DNA from: Nanobdellota archaeon
GTDB taxonomy: Archaea; Nanobdellota; Nanobdellia; Parvarchaeales; Parvarchaeaceae
Direction of reading: 5' to 3'
DNA length: 64,000 nucleotides
Assembly (NCBI GenBank): GCA_021791655.1
Contig: JAJYWD010000001.1
Location: forward strand, 32,655-96,654
Under the pieces are notes generated by a model. That model did not search any database. It was given only the letters and a program-made list of their open reading frames with translations, and had not been told where the DNA came from. Position numbers and translations under genes: made by a program. Positions 54,908 to 63,595 of the stretch are shown here, piece by piece; positions within the stretch are counted from its first letter, which is position 1, and every line of letters begins with the position of its first letter.

Positions 54908-55423
54908 ATGGCTGAAATATGTTACAGCTGCGGCAGGTCCGCTTATTTCTATTCACCATATCTTAAGTACAATCTGTGCAAAAAGCACTTTCAGAAGATG
55001 GTGATAAGACGCATACGTTCCGGCTTGATAGCCAGCGGTATAAAAGACAAAAAGTTCAGATTTGCAGCCGATGATTCCTTAGGTTTTAAGCTGAACCGCC
55101 TTATTTTTAAAGAGGATAAAAACTCCGGCACCATGCTGATGAATTGCCTGTTGGAAGATTTCGCTATGGAGACAATAACCTACTTTATATCCGGTTCGGT
55201 CCCTGCGATAAAGATAAAGGGCAAGGGATACGTTAGTCCCCTCTTTTTGATATCAGAGGCAGAGGCTATTAGGTTCGTTGAGAGCAAGAGTGGAAATGTG
55301 GGGCTGGTGCAGAGAAGGGCTCAGGATGCCGTTATTTTTAATCTGCTAACAACCGTGGAAAAGAAAAGGCCGGGTGGCCTCATATCTCTCGTGAAAATGG
55401 GCCAACGAATGGAAATAATCTAA
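54908..55423 (+). CDS. Hypothetical protein with N-terminal zinc ribbon
   Basis: 171 aa, CYSCGRS…CKKH, then an alpha/beta domain with no motif I recognise. Divergent from the ParA gene. Confidence 0.4.
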   Translation: MAEICYSCGRSAYFYSPYLKYNLCKKHFQKMVIRRIRSGLIASGIKDKKFRFAADDSLGFKLNRLIFKEDKNSGTMLMNCLLEDFAMETITYFISGSVPAIKIKGKGYVSPLFLISEAEAIRFVESKSGNVGLVQRRAQDAVIFNLLTTVEKKRPGGLISLVKMGQRMEII

Positions 55424-55683
55424 GTGTGCTTTGCTTTATTGTAATATTTTTTGTGTACGGTGTCGCCCCAGCTGAACTTGCCGTGTTCTATTTTTTCTAT
55501 GACTATCAGGTCTCCTCTGGCAAGTGCGGTTTTAAGATAGTGATAAACCAGTCTGCTGGAAAGTCCCTCGTACTTTTCCTTTAGTGCCTTGTAGATCCCA
55601 TACCCGGTGAGCTGTTCACTGCCGACCGTATTTATTATGTCATTCAATAGCTCTTCATTGATTTTTTTAGCCATGTTACCCAC
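55420..55683 (-). CDS. Small winged-helix DNA-binding protein
   Basis: 87 aa. …TGYGIYKALKEKYEGLSSRLVYHYLKTALARGDLIVIEKIEHGKF is wHTH-like. It is the last gene of the secFD-extended operon. Confidence 0.4.
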   Translation of the reverse strand: MGNMAKKINEELLNDIINTVGSEQLTGYGIYKALKEKYEGLSSRLVYHYLKTALARGDLIVIEKIEHGKFSWGDTVHKKYYNKAKHT

Positions 55684-56185
55684 ACTGCGGAGCCGAATTA
55701 TTAATAGATTTGCAGATGTACTCCAGTATTCCGGAGTCTGCAGCGGAAAGGCTAGGGTAGCTGCCTATCTTGGAATAAGCCCCGCCAAAGATAAAGAGCG
55801 GCACGCTGCCACCAGAAGTATTTCGCAGTATACTGAGCGCTTCCGGGGGGATGGAGACGCTGCCGTTCGTGCTGTAGCCGCTCATATTAAACGCATACGC
55901 GCAGAAATAACCGCTGTAAAAGTCCTGTCCGGTCCATATACCGAAAAGAGAGGTGTCGTTTCTGAATGCGGCATATTCGCCAAAGCAGTCTTCACAAGTA
56001 TTGTCATAGTACATCAGCATGGAGGGCTTTCCTAGGCCGCACAGAGACGACGTGTTTATGTTCGCATTGTGCACCGAGTAATAACTGTTTAGATAGCTAA
56101 CGTTCTCGTATAAGACGGCAGAGAACACGGCCAATCCCGCTATCAGGACGATGTAAACGACAATATACGCCTTTGCTCTATACAT
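55676..56185 (-). CDS. Membrane-anchored CxxC protein, putative extracytoplasmic thiol-disulfide oxidoreductase
   Basis: 169 aa with an N-terminal TM, then …YYDNTCEDCFGEY… (CxxC) in a thioredoxin-like context. Sequon-rich. Confidence 0.4.
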   Translation of the reverse strand: MYRAKAYIVVYIVLIAGLAVFSAVLYENVSYLNSYYSVHNANINTSSLCGLGKPSMLMYYDNTCEDCFGEYAAFRNDTSLFGIWTGQDFYSGYFCAYAFNMSGYSTNGSVSIPPEALSILRNTSGGSVPLFIFGGAYSKIGSYPSLSAADSGILEYICKSINNSAPQCG

Positions 56186-57128
56186 AAAACGAAGCGTTTA
56201 CATCCGGCTTCGCGCTGGTACAGTTATTACTAGCAGTATCTATGCAGATGTTTGTTACGTTAGCCCCCAATGTTGAGAACATGTATTTGTATGCGAAGGG
56301 ATCGTACACGTTTTCATTCGGTATGAAATTGAATATGTTAATGGTAGAGTTACACGGCTTTATCTGCGGAAAATAGTAGACTAGGTTCTGGAACGGCCCA
56401 GTTATGTAAATTCCCTTTACGAGAGTACCGTTCGGCATGCTTATTACTTCCTGCTCTAGCTGCGTTATGTTTATAAGTGCGCTTAGCATTGAAGCCGTGC
56501 TATTCGATGTGCTATTGAGTAGGTTTATGTCATCTCGCACGCCGCTTAACAGATTGTATAAATCAGAGCCATTAACCGACTGCACGATGCTACTGTTATA
56601 AAGCGTCTCAAATTCGTATTTTGTGAAATTGTAGAGTTCGGATGTATAAGCATAGTCTGTGTTGTTGATGAAAAGGGAGTATAGCTGCTGCTTAATCGCA
56701 CCGCACGCCGTAGAATTATAAATAGAACATACTGTGTACTCGTTGATCTTTTCATTTATGCTGTTAAGATTGTTGAGTGCGTTCTCTTGCGTCTTGTTGA
56801 GATAATACGAGAGGTTTCCCACCCCCGGCAGTGAGCCGCTCAGGTTAAATACCGGGAGCGGGGTAAATTCTCTATTGCAGTTTACCACCAGATTCTCGGT
56901 ATCCAGATTACCGCTAGAATTGTAGAGGACGAACAGATTTGAGTCGTTGGACAGGTTGTAGTAATCCAGAAAGTCGTTTACCTTTATCGAATTAGCTGAT
57001 AACTGTTTTGTCGTGTTATAAGACGTATTCGTGAAAGATGAAATGTCGCTGGAGTAGACCAAGACGGTTAACACCAAGGCAATCACCAAAAAAATCGCAA
57101 GCGTCAGCGTTTTTCTATCGGTTTTCAT
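56178..57128 (-). CDS. Heavily N-glycosylation-sequon-rich secreted protein (signal anchor)
   Basis: 316 aa, MKTDRKTLTLAIFLVIALVLTVLVYS, then more than 30 N-x-S/T sequons. No recognised domain. Confidence 0.5.
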   Translation of the reverse strand: MKTDRKTLTLAIFLVIALVLTVLVYSSDISSFTNTSYNTTKQLSANSIKVNDFLDYYNLSNDSNLFVLYNSSGNLDTENLVVNCNREFTPLPVFNLSGSLPGVGNLSYYLNKTQENALNNLNSINEKINEYTVCSIYNSTACGAIKQQLYSLFINNTDYAYTSELYNFTKYEFETLYNSSIVQSVNGSDLYNLLSGVRDDINLLNSTSNSTASMLSALINITQLEQEVISMPNGTLVKGIYITGPFQNLVYYFPQIKPCNSTINIFNFIPNENVYDPFAYKYMFSTLGANVTNICIDTASNNCTSAKPDVNASFYV

Positions 57129-57913
57129 ACGCTTAATCTTTCTCTTAGGGCCTTTGCGAGCAACTCCGGTTCTGTGTTTATAGTTCTTATGCCGAGTATT
57201 TCCATATTTGAAACATCTCTTCCATATAGTTTTACCGTGAAGTGTCCATACTCCCTTTCTACGAGTGCAATCGTTTCGAATTTACCGGCATTCAGCAATC
57301 TTTTTATTAGTCCCGCAAGATCAAATGATAGCACAGAATCCATGTCTCCGATCTTCAGGTGCTTGATTGGGGCTATCTCCACCTCTATTTCTTGATGCGG
57401 AGAGTAAGGGACAAAAGCCACGAAATTTTCCGTCTTTTTTATCTCCCTGTTCGCTGTGTTTTTCGTGTTCTGACACACCCGGCAGGTGCCGCCGTTTAAG
57501 TGTGGAATTTCGGTGATCGTAATATCGAAGTACCCGTGTCCGCCGACTCTTCTGGATATCACCAAGTTTTTGCCAAATTCATACGCAGACAATGAATTTG
57601 TCCTGTCCTTTATCAGCATTAGCAGGTCGGATAGGTCCTCAGCAGAATAAACCGACAGTCTGTCGCGGTGATCGTCATTTTCTACAAGTATCTCTTCGTA
57701 TCCATCTGCGTTAGAGTGCTTGAAAGTGTCGCCTTCGAGAGCGTACTTTGACGGCTGTATACTGTCCTTTATGTCATAAACTTTCAGCTTTGCTCTTGCA
57801 GCTTCCAGTACAATCGGAGCTTCCTTAGGGTGGTCGCACGCCTTGCAGTTTTTCTCTTTACCTGCCACAAGTGCAAACGAAAGATCCGAATTATCCAGTC
57901 TAAATTCGTTCAT
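57125..57913 (-). CDS. HIT-superfamily GalT-like nucleotidyltransferase/phosphorylase
   Basis: 262 aa. NCKACDH provides a CxxC/His zinc site like GalT, and a …VPYSPHQEIEV… second half-domain follows. Assignment tentative. Confidence 0.4.
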   Translation of the reverse strand: MNEFRLDNSDLSFALVAGKEKNCKACDHPKEAPIVLEAARAKLKVYDIKDSIQPSKYALEGDTFKHSNADGYEEILVENDDHRDRLSVYSAEDLSDLLMLIKDRTNSLSAYEFGKNLVISRRVGGHGYFDITITEIPHLNGGTCRVCQNTKNTANREIKKTENFVAFVPYSPHQEIEVEIAPIKHLKIGDMDSVLSFDLAGLIKRLLNAGKFETIALVEREYGHFTVKLYGRDVSNMEILGIRTINTEPELLAKALRERLSV

Positions 57914-57914
57914 A

Positions 57915-59486
57915 TCAGCTTAGCGCCACCCCCACCATCTTTGCATAGGCCGGTCTGGTTATCAACAAACCAACAAGCGACGCCAGTATTGTCGTCAGTG
58001 CAAAGCCGGTGAACAGGCTGGCCGTTGAGAAGAACAATGGAAACATGATCGCCGCAAAGGATAGGAATGATACCGTGATTATGAAAAAGGCCCTCTGTAT
58101 TCTTTTCTTTACACTCGCGCCCTCCGCTATGGTTGAGCCCCTGCGTATCTCATCGGTTATTATTATCTGGTCATCCACTGATATACCTACGCTTGCTATT
58201 ATACCGGCTATGCTAGGTATATCAAGTGTCCAGTGTATGAGAGCAGCTAAGCCTATGACCACGAATATCTCCGCTGCACTCGTCATGAGTATCATCGCTG
58301 ATATCTTGTAATTTCTGTACCTAAGGAATATCACTATGCTGGTTACAACGAAGGCGGACAAAAGCAGTATGTAAATCTGGCCTATGAACTGTGTACCTTC
58401 GACCGGCGAAACCGAATTTATTGAGACTATCTTTACGGCTATAGGCAGGCTGCCGCTCTCCAGTATGGCCTGCAGTGTCTTCATATTATTATACGCCTGC
58501 TGGTAAGTTGCGCCGTAACCCTGTATCTGTATCACTTGCTGTACTTGTCCCTTAAGGTTTGAATTGACCTGCAGGGACGACACCTGTTTGTTGTTTAGGA
58601 AAAGCAATATCGGATGCTTAAGGTAGCCGTTGACAATCGGAATCGTCTTTGTTGCGTTCGCAAACGTTTCTGCTGCAAGTTTGCTTATCTGTATGCCAAA
58701 ATCGAATTGGTACCCGCCGTTCGATTGCGTGGGCGGCTGAAGCCCTCCGTACGGACAACTGGAGGTAAGACACACGTTAAGTATGCCCTCGTTAGGGTTA
58801 CTATTGTTTATTACTGTAACGTTGTTTATCTGTGCGTAGAAAGAGCCCTGGTTGTTTACCAGTGAGAAAGCCTCGGCTTCGCTCACGCTGGGCATGCTGA
58901 CCTGCACGAACGAACTGCCGGACACTGTTTGTATGGAGTTTACAGAGATGCCGCTTATGCCGTATGTGTTAAGCCTTGCGTTTAGTATGGTCTGTATCTG
59001 CGATATATCGGTACTGTTGTAGTGTGTGGAATTGGGTGCCAGCAGTATCTGCGTACCGCCTATTATGTCGAGTCCGTAATTTAGGTTTGAGCTTGGGACG
59101 TCCTGCACCTGTATGTAAGTGGAGTTTATCGGCGCCGCGCCGGATACCGGCACTTTTACCTGCTGAGGTACGAATATGTACGGAAATATCTGGTTGCTGT
59201 AGCTTATGGTTATTGTCGAGTTCGGGAGTGCGGTCCGGTTTAGCACGGAATAGAACTGCTGCGCATTTTGTGTGCTCAGCCCATTTATCGATGTTATTAC
59301 TGAACCAACTCCCAGCGTTGTAGCACCGTTTGCGCTGAGGTTTCCGAGCAGAGAATAAGGAGATAGGTATATGATTTCTGCACCCCCTATGCCGAAGTTG
59401 GGTTCTATCGCCAGGAACGCTATTATGAGTGTGGCTATGAGCACCAAGATCCTCCAATCTTTAAGCACGCTTTTCGGGTTTTCCAT
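57915..59486 (-). CDS. secD: Protein-export membrane protein SecD
   Basis: Start set to MENPKSVLKDWRILVLIATLI. One TM helix, a large sequon-rich periplasmic domain, then six C-terminal TM helices with …GISVDDQIIITDEI…. The raw ORF extends 63 nt upstream. Confidence 0.8.
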   Translation of the reverse strand: MENPKSVLKDWRILVLIATLIIAFLAIEPNFGIGGAEIIYLSPYSLLGNLSANGATTLGVGSVITSINGLSTQNAQQFYSVLNRTALPNSTITISYSNQIFPYIFVPQQVKVPVSGAAPINSTYIQVQDVPSSNLNYGLDIIGGTQILLAPNSTHYNSTDISQIQTILNARLNTYGISGISVNSIQTVSGSSFVQVSMPSVSEAEAFSLVNNQGSFYAQINNVTVINNSNPNEGILNVCLTSSCPYGGLQPPTQSNGGYQFDFGIQISKLAAETFANATKTIPIVNGYLKHPILLFLNNKQVSSLQVNSNLKGQVQQVIQIQGYGATYQQAYNNMKTLQAILESGSLPIAVKIVSINSVSPVEGTQFIGQIYILLLSAFVVTSIVIFLRYRNYKISAMILMTSAAEIFVVIGLAALIHWTLDIPSIAGIIASVGISVDDQIIITDEIRRGSTIAEGASVKKRIQRAFFIITVSFLSFAAIMFPLFFSTASLFTGFALTTILASLVGLLITRPAYAKMVGVALS

Positions 59487-59487
59487 A

Positions 59488-60414
59488 TCACCGCGTAGCC
59501 TGATGCGGCTCTTCAGAATAGTGCATGGCTGCCAATTGTATGGATCCATTCAGTATCCATACGGTGAAATCGTCGAATATCACGCCGATTATGAGTATGA
59601 TTGCTATACTCTGTATAGTCGTATTGGTGGTGCCCAAGAACAGGACTATGAACGTAAGCAGCGCTGCAGCGTCCATCGTCAGCGATGTCTTTATGGTATG
59701 GGACAGACGGTATTTTACGCTCGCTTCTTTTCTTTTCAGGATGTTGGTGGCAAGTATTATGTTCCTATCCGCGGAATATCCCATTAGCATAAGTATCCCC
59801 GCTATGGAAGCGGTAGAGAACGAAATGGCGAGAAGATCCATGACCCCTATGACGTTTATTACGTCGCTTATTATGCTTATGACATTGGAAAAAGACTGTG
59901 CAGGGTTTCTGAAGTAGAACAGTGATACGAACGCCACCAGTATGAATGCGGCGCCGAGGAGTATGAATGAGTCATATATAGAGTTCTGAGCTATTGCCGG
60001 GCTGACAAAGTTTATGTTGGAATTCGTACTGGTCACTGGTGCTAGGAACGATGACACCGTGCTGTTTAGCGCCCGGGTTGTGGAGTTCTTTGCGGTTATT
60101 GTATAGCCTATTATGTTATTCGAGAACTGGGAGTGGAGGACCGCCACGCTGACCTCCGTCTTAAGGCTTGACGCCAGTTCGTTTGTCAGCGTCTGCACAT
60201 TGACGCTCTTGTTTGTGTTTATTGTGAGGGAAATCCCTCCGGACAGTGAGATGTCCTCGTTAACAGGAGTGCCGTGCTGTAAGTAATAAGTCGCGATTAT
60301 GCCCCCGAATACGACCACCAGTGCTATGGGTAAGAACACCATCTTCTTGTAGTGCCTTACGTAGAAAGCTACAAACTCCTCTATGCGTGAATTAACAGCG
60401 CTCTTTACGCCCAT
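59488..60414 (-). CDS. secF: Protein-export membrane protein SecF
   Basis: 308 aa. One TM helix, a periplasmic domain, then six TM helices with …GYSADRNIILATNILKRK…. In the archaeal secF-secD order. Confidence 0.8.
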   Translation of the reverse strand: MGVKSAVNSRIEEFVAFYVRHYKKMVFLPIALVVVFGGIIATYYLQHGTPVNEDISLSGGISLTINTNKSVNVQTLTNELASSLKTEVSVAVLHSQFSNNIIGYTITAKNSTTRALNSTVSSFLAPVTSTNSNINFVSPAIAQNSIYDSFILLGAAFILVAFVSLFYFRNPAQSFSNVISIISDVINVIGVMDLLAISFSTASIAGILMLMGYSADRNIILATNILKRKEASVKYRLSHTIKTSLTMDAAALLTFIVLFLGTTNTTIQSIAIILIIGVIFDDFTVWILNGSIQLAAMHYSEEPHQATR

Positions 60415-60451
60415 AACATTTAAGTATCAAATATACACATAAGGGCGCTAT

Positions 60452-61159
60452 TTAAGAATTTAAGCCTTCTACGATAATCTTCGGACCTTCTCTGGTCGCA
60501 TACTCCTCGCATGCTTCTTCCGGCCATGAAGATGGCATTCCGTCGAAGGCACCTTCAAGCTCTCGGCGTTTCCCGTGGTAATTGTTCCCGCTGTAGCGCC
60601 TTCCAGGGCAGTACTTGAACAGGTCGTCCTTTACCAGCAGAACGGAGCTTGTCTTCATGCCGTACTGTGTTTTAAGTTTGCCTAGTCTTCTTGCAAGTTT
60701 GTATGCACCCGCCTCCGCTTTCGCCTTGTCCATTCTGGTTGTGGATATCGCGATAGAAAACCTTACCTCATCCGCACCGTACAGGATATGATTCAGGTTT
60801 CTGTACGGCAACGCCTCCTCTGCCATGCTAAGTTTCTTCTTTATCTTGTTCGTTCCCAAGCGGAACGTATTTGTCGTCATCGTCCTGACTTCTATAATCT
60901 CGACTATCCTCTTGTTCCCTTCGTTATACCTTATCACGACGTCGGCAGGCCACATCTTCTTTGACTGCATTCTGCCCTTTCCTTTCCCGTTTCTGTAGAA
61001 GTAGAACATGTACTCCATTCTGGCGGCTTCCAGGTCTCTGCGTGATGACTCGTACTTATAAACCGCCATCTGTGTTAGTTTGTGGTATAAGGATGCGCCA
61101 GAAGTAGCTACGTCGTCTATTAGAACTTCCTCTAATCTGCTACGGGCTTTTTGTATCAT
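60452..61159 (-). CDS. Hypothetical basic protein (possible PD-(D/E)xK-like nuclease fold; weak)
   Basis: Start chosen at MIQKARSRLEEV. …WPADVVIRYNEGNKRIVEIIEVRT… resembles a D…E-x-K core. Lys/Arg-rich. Confidence 0.35.
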   Translation of the reverse strand: MIQKARSRLEEVLIDDVATSGASLYHKLTQMAVYKYESSRRDLEAARMEYMFYFYRNGKGKGRMQSKKMWPADVVIRYNEGNKRIVEIIEVRTMTTNTFRLGTNKIKKKLSMAEEALPYRNLNHILYGADEVRFSIAISTTRMDKAKAEAGAYKLARRLGKLKTQYGMKTSSVLLVKDDLFKYCPGRRYSGNNYHGKRRELEGAFDGMPSSWPEEACEEYATREGPKIIVEGLNS

Positions 61160-61218
61160 TGGATACAATATGTGATAGAGAGGATATACTATTAATATAT
61201 TATACAGCATCTCTTTCT

Positions 61219-61860
61219 ATGCGCGCGCAGTTCTCATCAGAATTCGTGATAGACGCTTCTATAGTGGTGATAGTGGTCAGTTTTCTACTGCTTTTCTTTA
61301 GTCCGTTGCTAAGCCAGAACACCGGCTCCATTTATCTTTCTTCTGCCTGCACTGAAGTAGCGGATTCTGTCAATACCGTCGCCGACTCAAACGGCGCATC
61401 TGCGATAATATACACCCCGCTGCTTAACGAGACGCCGTTCGGTTATTACAATGTTACCCTATCAAACGGCATAATCACGGTATATTCGAATCTTTCCAGG
61501 TACACCACGCAGCTGGTCTCCTGCGGCGCCGACACTTATAGAACGGGCAGTGAGAGCTTCCTGCTGTCCAATCTCGCTGTTTATTCGTCTGGCAGTACGG
61601 TTGGTGCCGCTTACCTTTACGGCAGCAGCGCAAGTTCCAGTGCGCCGCCCTCGGTGATTTACGGGGGGGGTTTCCAGTCCTCGGTCACCTTGTACTTGAT
61701 CAGCGCTGCCTCTTACATCAAAAACTATTCGGAGTCGCAATCGTTCTCTCAGAGTGTTAGTTCGGAGATCTCGACATTAGCTGATGGCAGTTATGCTTTC
61801 TTAGCAGTGCAGAATAACAATACGCGCATAAGGGTCTTGTTCCCGTTCTCAAAGGGTTAA
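61219..61860 (+). CDS. Pilin-like surface protein (class III signal, QFSSEF start)
   Basis: Start chosen at MRAQFSSEFVIDASIVVIVVSFLLLFF. The mature part is Ser-rich with sequons. The raw ORF starts 60 nt upstream. Confidence 0.5.
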   Translation: MRAQFSSEFVIDASIVVIVVSFLLLFFSPLLSQNTGSIYLSSACTEVADSVNTVADSNGASAIIYTPLLNETPFGYYNVTLSNGIITVYSNLSRYTTQLVSCGADTYRTGSESFLLSNLAVYSSGSTVGAAYLYGSSASSSAPPSVIYGGGFQSSVTLYLISAASYIKNYSESQSFSQSVSSEISTLADGSYAFLAVQNNNTRIRVLFPFSKG

Positions 61861-61963
61861 ACCGGTTTCTTGAGTTATAGTGCATACAATATAAATGATT
61901 GCAATGACTTTTACATCGACAGCAAAAGGATAGGTTTAAATATGGTAGATCAGTAATTATGAT

Positions 61964-62434
61964 ATGCCAAAAAATGCCCAATCAGCATTAGAGTACATGA
62001 TGACCTATGGCTGGGCGATACTTATCATCGTCATAGTGGCCGCGGTCCTGTACAGTCTAGGCATTTTCAATCCAAGCAGCAGCGCTGGCAATACGGCTAG
62101 CGGCTTTGGCGGCTTTACGGTGCAGCAGGGTGGATTCACGTGCAATTCTACTGGCGTGTTCCTAGCATTAGGAAACTCGCAAGGTACGCAAGTTACAGTG
62201 CTAAACGCAAGTATAACGTCTTCAACTGGTTTGAGTACCCCTACGGGTAGCAATGGTTCTATCAATAAACTTGTAAATCCGCAGAGTACGATTACAATAA
62301 AATTCACATCAAACACCTGTTCCATCACTGGTGCAAGATACAGCGCTAACATACAGATCTATTACAGTACGACTGGAGCTCTAGGCACACAAACACAGCC
62401 GACTACCGGTACAATCTCAGGATCTTCCAGTTGA
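61964..62434 (+). CDS. Archaeal type IV pilin-like protein (DUF361-like N-terminus)
   Basis: 156 aa, MPKNA|QSALEYMMTYGWAILIIVIVAAVL, with a Thr/Ser-rich mature domain containing sequons. Confidence 0.55.
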   Translation: MPKNAQSALEYMMTYGWAILIIVIVAAVLYSLGIFNPSSSAGNTASGFGGFTVQQGGFTCNSTGVFLALGNSQGTQVTVLNASITSSTGLSTPTGSNGSINKLVNPQSTITIKFTSNTCSITGARYSANIQIYYSTTGALGTQTQPTTGTISGSSS

Positions 62435-62464
62435 GCAGGTTTTGGCCTTTTTAAGAACGCATTT

Positions 62465-63391
62465 TTACTTAATTATTCCTTTCTCTTCTAGTAATTTTCT
62501 TGTCGATATAGCGGACATGCAGCCCCAGCCAGCAGCGACTACGGCCTGTTTGTACATATGATCCTGCACGTCCCCAGCAGCAAAGACACCCTCCTTGCTA
62601 GTTTTTACATTATCATGTGTTATAATGTAGCCATTTTTGTCGAGATCTAACTGGCCCTTGAACAGTTCTGTGCTCGGGTCGTGTCCTATAGCTACGAACA
62701 GTCCACCGCATCCCTCTGTCTTCTCGTTGCCGGTATCAATGTTACGTAACCTCACGCCAATTACGTTGTTATCACCCATTACATCTGTTACTTCCGAGTT
62801 CCAGATGACCTTTATTTTTTCGTTTTTGAGCACCCTCTCCTGCATTATTTTGCTTGCCTTGAACTCGTTTCTCCTGTGTACTATCTTTACACTCTTTGCA
62901 AATTTGGTGAGGTACAGAGAATCTTCCATTGCGCTGTCACCGCCGCCAACAACAATAACGTCCTTGCCCCTGAACAAGGGTCCATCGCATACAGCACAAC
63001 CGGATACGCCCTTTCCTACAAGCCTTAGTTCGTTCTTCAGCCCCAACCATCTTGCACGTGCGCCCGTCGCGATTATGAGCGTATAAGTCTTGTACTCCGT
63101 GTCTCCTACGAAAATGGAATATGGATATGCCGACAGGTCGACTCTGGTAACGTCATCGTTTAGCATTCTTGTCCCGAGTTGCGAAACTTGGTCATCCATG
63201 GCCTGCATCAGGTCCGGCCCGAGTATCGATTTGAAAGCAGGGAAATTCTCCACCGCAGAGGTCAGCATTAGTTGCCCGCCGTACTCCTTTCCTCTTATTA
63301 ATAACGGGTCTAGGTTATCTCTTGAAGCGTATATCGCAGCAGTGTAGCCCGCGGGCCCGGAGCCTACTATTATAACTTTTTCAACCATCAA
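62465..63391 (-). CDS. trxB: Thioredoxin reductase
   Basis: 308 aa with FAD motif IIVGSGPAGYTAAIY, redox centre CAVCDG and NAD(P) motif VVGGGDSA. Confidence 0.85.
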   Translation of the reverse strand: MMVEKVIIVGSGPAGYTAAIYASRDNLDPLLIRGKEYGGQLMLTSAVENFPAFKSILGPDLMQAMDDQVSQLGTRMLNDDVTRVDLSAYPYSIFVGDTEYKTYTLIIATGARARWLGLKNELRLVGKGVSGCAVCDGPLFRGKDVIVVGGGDSAMEDSLYLTKFAKSVKIVHRRNEFKASKIMQERVLKNEKIKVIWNSEVTDVMGDNNVIGVRLRNIDTGNEKTEGCGGLFVAIGHDPSTELFKGQLDLDKNGYIITHDNVKTSKEGVFAAGDVQDHMYKQAVVAAGWGCMSAISTRKLLEEKGIIK

Positions 63392-63522
63392 ATTAAAAGC
63401 AGACGCTGACTTAAATAAAATTTGTTTTTAGCATAGCGTGCTGTATTAACTTATTTTTGTAAGTTATCACAGCGCTTTAAAAAGTAAGTATATAATAAAC
63501 AAAATCGCTTTTATCTGATTGT

Positions 63523-63595
63523 GCCCCGATAGTCTAGAGGCCAAGGACATCGCCCTTTCGAGGCGATGACCCGGGTTCGAATCCCGGTCGGGGCA
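63523..63595 (+). tRNA. tRNA-Glu (anticodon UUC)
   Basis: GCCCCGATAGTCTAGAGGCCAAGGACATCGCCCTTTCGAGGCGATGACCCGGGTTCGAATCCCGGTCGGGGCA. All four arms pair, with anticodon loop CTTTCGA and T-loop TTCGAAT. Confidence 0.85.
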
